DNA from: the human T2T-CHM13v2.0 reference genome, Homo sapiens
Reading direction: 5' to 3' (one strand)
DNA length: 64,000 bases
Assembly (NCBI RefSeq): GCF_009914755.1
Contig: NC_060940.1
In this document: one piece after another, positions 44,262 through 64,000 of the stretch
How positions within the stretch are numbered: position 1 is the stretch's first letter
Layout: every line of letters begins with the position of its first letter
The notes under the pieces: generated by a model
Databases searched by the model: none
What the model saw: only the letters and a program-made list of their open reading frames with translations
Told to the model about the DNA's origin: nothing
Position numbers and translations under genes: made by a program

Positions 44262-45733
44262 TCAGGAGGCTGAGCCAGGAGAATTCACTTGAACCCGAGA
44301 GGCAGAGGTTGTAATGAGCTGAGATCGCACCACTGCACTCCAGCTTAGGGAACACAGCCAGACTCTGTCCCCCCCAAAAAAACAAAACAAAACAAAGAGC
44401 TAAGAGTAATGGGCCATAATGAAGCACTCACGACGACTGTCATAGGTGCTTGACCTGCACATGTCCCTGCGACAGGGAATTAGTCATTTTATGGACGAGA
44501 AAGCAAGGCAGGCATGTCAGCGCGCTGTCCACTTTTAAAACGGTAACCCGGGCAACCGAAGGCCAGAAATGGCTGTCTCTTTTTTTTTAAGCCAGTCACA
44601 TTGAGCAGTGGGGTGCATCTTTCATAACTGAGAGGCATCACAGGGCAGTGGCTGACATAGACGTGGCTAGGAGACTACCAGCCCGTCTGTGCGCGCATTC
44701 CTTTCCGTCCCAGTAAAATGGGGCTGACAGCATCTCCTTCATGGAATTATTACCAAACGCAGTCACAAACGCGGAGAAGCGCTCATGCAGGTGCAAGGCG
44801 TTTTCGAATTGCTAGCACTCGGGACCGCTGCCAGCAGCCGCGCCTGGAAGGGACGCGGCTGCCTGTTAGTGCGGCCGGCGCAGGCGCAGGCACAGCACGC
44901 GGCCGCTCGGGCCACCCCGGGCCGCGGAACGACTCGCAAGCAGCCAGCCTGACGGCGGCGCCGCCACGCGCGTGCGCGAGACGCCAGGCTGTCTGTGGGC
45001 CGCGCCGAGCGGCGGAAAGGCGGCGATGACTTAACTGGCTGTGGAACGGAACCTCTTGCAGCCGCGCGCCCCCCGGCGGCCAACCGCCCCCAACGCCTCA
45101 GGCCCCGCGTCTCCGCCCCTCGCCTCGACGCCATCAGGAGACCGGCCAATAAACAAACAGCAGGAAGAGGCGGGGCCCTGTAGTAACCGCCCCAAACACC
45201 TACTTCTAACCAGTCGAGTCACAAGACTGGGGGGAAGGGCGGAGCCAATCCGACGTAACCCAATCCAAGATTTGAGGGCGGTTACATGCACCCACTCCCT
45301 CGGGTTTGGCTCCGCCCCTCACCTTGACGTAGCCCTCCCAGCCTATCAACGACTGCGCCCGTTGGGGGTGAGGGGAAGGGGGCGGAGCGTGGGAGGAGGC
45401 CGAGAGAGGAAGGAGGCGTAGGCTGAGGAGGAAGAGGGAGGAGGGGTAGGGAAGTCCTGGCGGAGAAGCGCCCTAAGACTCCAAAGGAGACAACAGGAGT
45501 TTGTGCTGGAGCTCCCCCGCTGCCCATCGGCCGTTCCGGATCCCCTAAGGCCCAAGTCGGACAGAGACGGAGGAAAGGAGGAAGAGACTTTTATGTCGGC
45601 GGACAGGGGAGCTGTACCCGTCACCGTTGCCTCACATCCGGGGCTTTGGAGGGCTGGCCTCGCTGCCCCGCCCCGCCTCGCGCCTTTCATGGCGACCGGA
45701 GGCGGAGGCTGGAGGAGCTGGGCCCGGAGGAGG

Positions 45734-46372
45734 CCCCTTTAAATCTCCTTAAAGGGGTGGCCACTGAACTCGGCGGACTGCAACGCCAGCCTTAAAGGGG
45801 AAGCCGCCGAGCAGACGCTGACAAATTGAGAACTGTGCCGTTGGGAGAACTGGGGCGAGTGGGGTTTTTCTTTACGTCCTCCTCCCCCACACACAAGAAG
45901 TCTTTTAAATTCAACTTAAAGGGGAAGTGGCCGCTTGTGGAGGACTAGAAACTAACTCCGAGCCCTTAAAGGGACGGCCTGCTGTTAGAAGGACCCTGGA
46001 CTCCTTAAAGGGGTGGCCTCTTTGAGCCGGAGGACTTGAGACACTTTTAAAGGGGAGGTCTGCGTTTCGGGGCGAGCTTTCGGCCCCTTTTAAAGGGGTG
46101 GCCCTTCCTCTTCCTCGGGGAGACTTGCATCGACCCCTGGCAGGGGGTGGCCACCGCACTAGGCCGCCGGACACTGTCGGGTCGTCTTAAAGGGGCCGGG
46201 AGCTGGACAACTTGGGGCCTCGCCTTAAAGGGACGGCCGCCCCGTTTTCGCCGTCGCGGCCCCGCCGAGCCCGCAGGGGGGGCCCTCGGGCTTGTCGCCC
46301 CGGGGGCGGCGCCGGCTCCCCGGGCCGTGGCCTTGGGGCAAGCTCGGGGCCAGCAGATCCGGCTTTAAAGGA
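45734..46372 (+). repeat. Array of short TTAAAGGG direct repeats separated by unique spacers
   Basis: Nine exact copies plus one inverted and one TTAAAGGA (see findings). Confidence 0.9.
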
Positions 46373-46489
46373 GAAGCCGTGGCCCTCTCGTCACTGTGCA
46401 GCCGCCAGCGCCGCGCCTGCGACCCCGGGCCTGCGGACAGGCCGCTTCGGGCCCCGCCGCCTCCGGATGCGGCGCTGAGGGCGGTCGCC

Positions 46490-56616
<10,127 letters not shown>

Positions 56617-57756
56617 GGGGAACGGGGGGGGGTCGGGGCAAAGCTCCATCTCCCCTTCCTTTAACCAGGTCCTAGGGCTGAGGTTTTAAGCCAGGGCTGG
56701 AGGGCAAAGGTCATAACCTCACCAGCCACCTCTGAGGTCATGGAACCTGGGAACAGAAGCCTCAACCCCCACAAGACCAAGCATCACATGGAGTGTAGGG
56801 TCACTGGGAGAGCAGAGGTCACAGCCTCTAGAGAAGGGAGAGGGGCGTGTGCATGGGAGTGTGGCTCATCTCGGGGGCCATGGGGCCTCCTGAGGTACAC
56901 CTTTGCCCCTGTAAGGGCCTCTAGGCCCTGGGCCTGCCTCCCCAAGGGCTCACTAAGCCAGAGGCCAAAGTGCCCCCTCCCGTTCACCTACCACCCAAGT
57001 CCTCATGCCCTCCGAGGGCTGGGGGAGGAGGGGCTCAAGGAAGGGGGGTTCCATGTACATATTTATCACCCCTTTCACATAGCCCCAAGACCTTTTGTAC
57101 ATTTTTACAGGGGTGCCCCTCCCAACAGTTCCCTTCCTGGTTAATTAAACCCTCAGACTGGTGCTGTGTTCCTAGCCTCTGGCCTCTCTGTGGGGAAAGG
57201 GGACTGCAGGGGGAAGAGCCGGGAAGGGACAGTCAGGCTTCTCCCTGGGAAGGTGGGGCCAGCAGGAGATGACCAACAGGGGGCAGGACCTGGGGACCTG
57301 GGCTGGAGGGAAGGGCAGAAGCTTCCTACTTGGCTGACAGCCCCGGTTCCCCCAACATGTTCCCGTTCACTCTGCCCCCACCCCCAAAGGCTCAGCCTCT
57401 AAATCTCAGACTCCACCACCTCTTAATGGCTCAGTCCCCTTCACCCCATTTCCAAGTGCCCCCAGGACTCCTGGGCCCTGCTTCCCTGAACCCTGTTCTC
57501 CAAAACCCTGCCCCAGGCTAAGGGTGGCCAGAGAAGGTCACCATGTACCACACACCAAAGAAGGGGGTCGGCCCAGGGGTGGGCGACACAGGCAGCTTCT
57601 TCGGCAGCCTCACGGCAGCAACCCCAGCCTTCCCAAAGCAGCAGGCGCCTCCAGGCTGGGGCCCAACCTAGAAGGCAGGGGTCAATCTAACAAAACCCTA
57701 ACGTTGACTTTTTTCCCTGGTGGGGCTTCTTCTGTAACATGACTTGCGAATATTTA

Positions 57757-57762
57757 TATAAA
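57757..57762 (+). terminator. Probable non-canonical poly(A) signal TATAAA of FBRS
   Basis: Upstream TGTA (57733), downstream GT-rich tract (~57800); no AATAAA seen in the 3' UTR. Confidence 0.5.
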
Positions 57763-58201
57763 AACGAGTGTTACAATGAGACCCCCGGCTCCTCTTTGAG
57801 TGTGTGTGGGGTGGGTTGGACCAGGGTGGGGTGTGTGGGTCCTGGGGTAAGGGAGGGATGAGGACAGTACTGTCCGTATCCCGCCAAGGTTTTCCTCCCT
57901 GCCATCCACTGGGCAAGTTGGTCTGCCATTTCTGGAGGGATGGGTTCGAGGGTTGGGCACTGAAGTTTTTCACACTGTTTTTCTATAATCCAGGAATACA
58001 TAGTATGTAGGATTCAAGCAACCCAGTAAGACACTGAGCAAAACATTAAATTTCTCCTTCACCTGCCAACCTTCCCAAGCCCCATCCCCTTCCCCCAGGT
58101 AACCGCTGTAAATCATTAGGTGTATATTCTTCAGGTCCTTTCTATGTGTTCTCGCACATGTCTGCACAGGCAGAGTATGTTTAAAAAGATCTGTAATTTA
58201 A

Positions 58202-58583
<382 letters not shown>

Positions 58584-58699
58584 TGATCTGCCTGCCTTGG
58601 CCTCACAAAGTGCTGGGATTACAGGCGTGAGCCACCGCACCTGGCAACCACTGTTAATTTTCGGGGAAATTCCTCCAGTTATTTTTCTAGCTACTACAG

Positions 58700-59572
<873 letters not shown>

Positions 59573-59926
59573 AGGCCAGGCGTGGTGGTTCACGCCTGTG
59601 ATCCCAGAACTTTGGGAAGCCAAGATGGGTACATCCCTGAGGTCAGGAGTTCAAGATCAGCCTGGTCAACATGGTGAAACCCTGTCTCTACTACAGAATA
59701 CAAAAAGCTGGGCATGGTGGCTGACTCCTGTAGTCCCAGCTACTCAGGAGGCTGAGGCGGGAGAATCACTTGAATCCGGGAGGCGGAGGTTGCAGTGAGC
59801 TGAGATTTTCCAGCCTGGGTGACGGGGCGAGACTCTGTCTAAAAAAAAAAAAAAAAAGCAAGTCACTACTAAACTGGGCTGTCAGGGCTGTTGCCTACCT
59901 GAGCTCCTATAGAATTGACTGAGTGA

Positions 59927-60223
<297 letters not shown>

Positions 60224-60918
60224 TGAGCCACCACACCCAGACTTGTTTTGCTTTTGAGGCAGCTTTTGAGCAAAACAACAGCCGGTCTGTTGCCCAGGCT
60301 GGAGTACAGTGGTGCAATCACAGATCACTTCAGCCTCGAACTCCTATTCCCAAGTGATCCTCCTGCCTCAGCCTCTCGAGTAGCTGGAACTACAAGCCTG
60401 TGCCACCACATTTGGCTAGCTTTAAATTTTTGTAGAGACAGGGTTCTTGTCTTGTTGTCCAAGCTGGTCTCAAACTCCTGGTCCCAAGCAATCCTCCTGC
60501 CTCAACTTCTGAAAGCGCTGGAATTACAGGCGTGAGCCACTGTGCCTGGCCCATAAATGTACCTGTTGCCTTAGGAAAGATGCAGCCAACATTCCCTGCC
60601 ACCACCACACATATCCAGGATGTCTAGGGAAGGCTCAAGCCTAGATTGCTCCAACAGAAGTCAGAAACAAGTGACCAGAAGGTGAACGTTGGCTTGCAGA
60701 CAAGATTTCACATGGAAGTTCTTGTTTTCAGCTTCTCTTGAAAAATCCAAAAATCTGTGGTCACTAGACCTGCTTACCCCCATGGCTTTCCTTTGAAATG
60801 GGGCATAATCTCACCAGATTGCGACTGTCCCCTCCACTTGTTGTCTTGGAGTAGACCACAGTCACTATTCAGGCTACCTCTCTGGCCCCTATAGGCATTT
60901 GAGAGTGACTCTCAGTGA

Positions 60919-61179
<261 letters not shown>

Positions 61180-61811
61180 TGATCCGCCCGCCTCAGCCTC
61201 CCAAAATGCCGGGATTACAGGCGTGAGCCACCGTGCCCAGTAGAGTTAAATATTTTCTAGACATGCCTATCCCACCTCTCCTAGATCTCTCCCCAAGCAC
61301 CTCAGATATCCCAAATTAAGTCATCTTCGAGATCTGATGCCCCACTTCCCCCAAGGTTTCCATCTCTGTGTCATCAGCACTCAAGTCAGAAACCTCCCTC
61401 TTCCCTCACTTGATGCAGTTTCTGAGCTGCCTTTGATTCTTTCAACCACTGTTGACTTCATCCACAGTGCCAGGCACTGCACTTAGTGGCTGGGGATACA
61501 GAGGTACACAAAACAAACCCCAGCCATCCTGGAGCTTACATTGGACTATGAAAGAGGACAATTACAGAAGCTAATGACAGAATTCCAAGGGCCAGGCGTG
61601 CCGTCTCTGCCTGTAATCTTTGGGAGGCTGAAGTAGGCAGATCACCTGAGGTCAGGAGTTCGAGACCAGCCTGGCCAACATGGTGAAACCCTGTCTCTAT
61701 TATAAAAATACAAAAATTGCCAGGCGCGGTGGCTCACGCCTGTAATCCCAGCACTTTGGGAGGCCGAGGCAGGAGGATCACAAGGTCAGGAGATCAAGAC
61801 CATCCTGGCTA

Positions 61812-62270
<459 letters not shown>

Positions 62271-62354
62271 AAAAATATGGAAAGCTTCACGAATTTGCAA
62301 GTCATCCTTGCTAAGGGGCCATGCTGACCTCTGTATAATGTTTTAGTATATGTG
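62271..62354 (-). pseudogene. U6 snRNA retropseudogene (5' ~16 nt missing at an Alu boundary)
   Basis: Minus strand CACATATACTAAAA..TACAGAG..AGCATGGCCCCT..GCAAGGATGAC..GCAAATTCGTGAAGC.TTCCATATTTTT. Confidence 0.92.
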
Positions 62355-62478
62355 GCTGGGTGTGGTGGCCCACGCCTGTAATCCTAGCACTTTGGGAGGC
62401 CGAGGTGGGCGGATTGCCTGAGGCAGGAGCTTGAGACCAGCCTGGGCAACACGGTAAAACCCCGAAGTCCCTTCCTCA

Positions 62479-62709
<231 letters not shown>

Positions 62710-62724
62710 TCAAGAAAGAAAGAA

Positions 62725-62759
<35 letters not shown>

Positions 62760-64000
62760 GAAGAGGAAAGTTATACATATACATGTTTGTTATTTAAAAG
62801 TAGAGATGGGAGCTGAGCACAATGGCTCTTGCCTCTAATCCCAGCACGTCAGTAACTGAGGCAGGAGGATCACTGGAGCTCAGGAGTTCAAGACCCGTCT
62901 TTATGTAAAAACAAAACCAAACACATGGCCAGGTGCAGTGGCTCACGCCTGTAATCCCAGCACTTTGGGAGGCCGAGGCAGGCGGATCACCTGAGATCAG
63001 GAATTTAAGACGAGTCTGGTCAACATGACGAAACCCCGACTCTACAAAAATATAAAAATTAGCTGGGCACAGTGGTGCACGACTGTAATCCCAGCTACTT
63101 GGGAGGCTGATGCATGAGTTGCTTGAAAACGGGAGGTGGAGGTTGCAGTGAGCCAAGATCGCACCACTGCACTCTAGCCTGGGCGACAGAGTGAGACTTC
63201 GTCTCAAAAACAAAAACAAAAACAACACAGATCTCTGTGGATAGACATTTAAGTTGTTTCTAGCATTTGTGTTATGACAAACAGGATTTCTGGAAGTATT
63301 TTTATTATTTTATTATTATTGCTGACATAAAATTCACATACCATGAAATGTACCTTTTAAAGTGTGCCATTGCAGTGGTTTTCGTATATTCACAAAGTCG
63401 TACAACCATTGCCATTATCTAATTCTGGAGCCATTCAGAAACACCCATTTTTTTATGGCCATGTGTGCATGTGTCAGAAGAAGGCACTCTTGGAGGTGCA
63501 GCTGATGGGTTGTACAACCACTGCCATTATCTAATCATGGAGACATTCAGAAACACCCATTTTGTATGGTTGTGTGTGCCTGTGTGAGCAGAAGGCACCT
63601 GTGGAGATGCAGCTGATGGGCTTTGGGGTGATGAGTCCTTCCAACGGAAAGAAAGCAGGGCCCAGAGGCTTGGGATCACCACATTACCCCTGCTACACTG
63701 AGCAATTTGCAATGACTGCCAGTCCCTCAGGAAAAGTTAGTTCTATCTGGATTTTTGCACATCGGATTTCCTTCAAGCAGGCTAGACCCTTAAATATTCC
63801 AGTTAGAACAGTCTAATGATAGGAAATGCCCCAGTAACATGGGAGTTGTAATATCTCAATTCACAGACCTTGCAGTTGTGTGGTCCTTTTAAAACCTAAG
63901 TCAGGTGATGTCATTCCTCACCTGACTTTTGAGAGTTTTCAAAACTCTCAAAAAACGGAAAAAAGCGGTGGCTTACGCCTATAATCCCAACACTTTGGGA

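Noticed and set aside
45734-46372. Reading the repeat-spacer array as CRISPR or as TTAA-targeting transposon ends
   Set aside because: Eukaryotic DNA, repeats only 8-15 nt, variable spacers, no cas genes and no paired terminal inverted repeats

Overview
Human-type (primate) genomic DNA. The two intact genes identify it as the 16p11.2 PRR14-FBRS locus. From left to right: (1) An Alu cluster. (2) A complete but defective HERV-K(HML-6)/LTR3-type provirus on the minus strand (2664-11262, 6-bp TSD CACAAA). It sits inside a dead C2H2 zinc-finger exon, carries two later Alu insertions, and keeps rec-type splice sites and a HERV-K-MEL-like peptide. (3) About 25 kb of very Alu-dense DNA with a solo LTR, MER20, MADE1, MLT1 and an orphan CpG-island promoter (~21.2-21.8 kb). 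(4) PRR14 (+, 11 coding exons, 585 aa). (5) FBRS (+, 18 coding exons, 980 aa). Its long GC-rich leader holds an unexplained, roughly 42-bp-phased array of TTAAAGGG motifs, the most novel-looking signal in the window. (6) More Alus, a Tigger remnant and a U6-L1 chimeric retrocopy. Exon chains were assembled by hand from GT/AG junctions and close in frame. Repeat subfamily names and literature links are from recall and need database confirmation.
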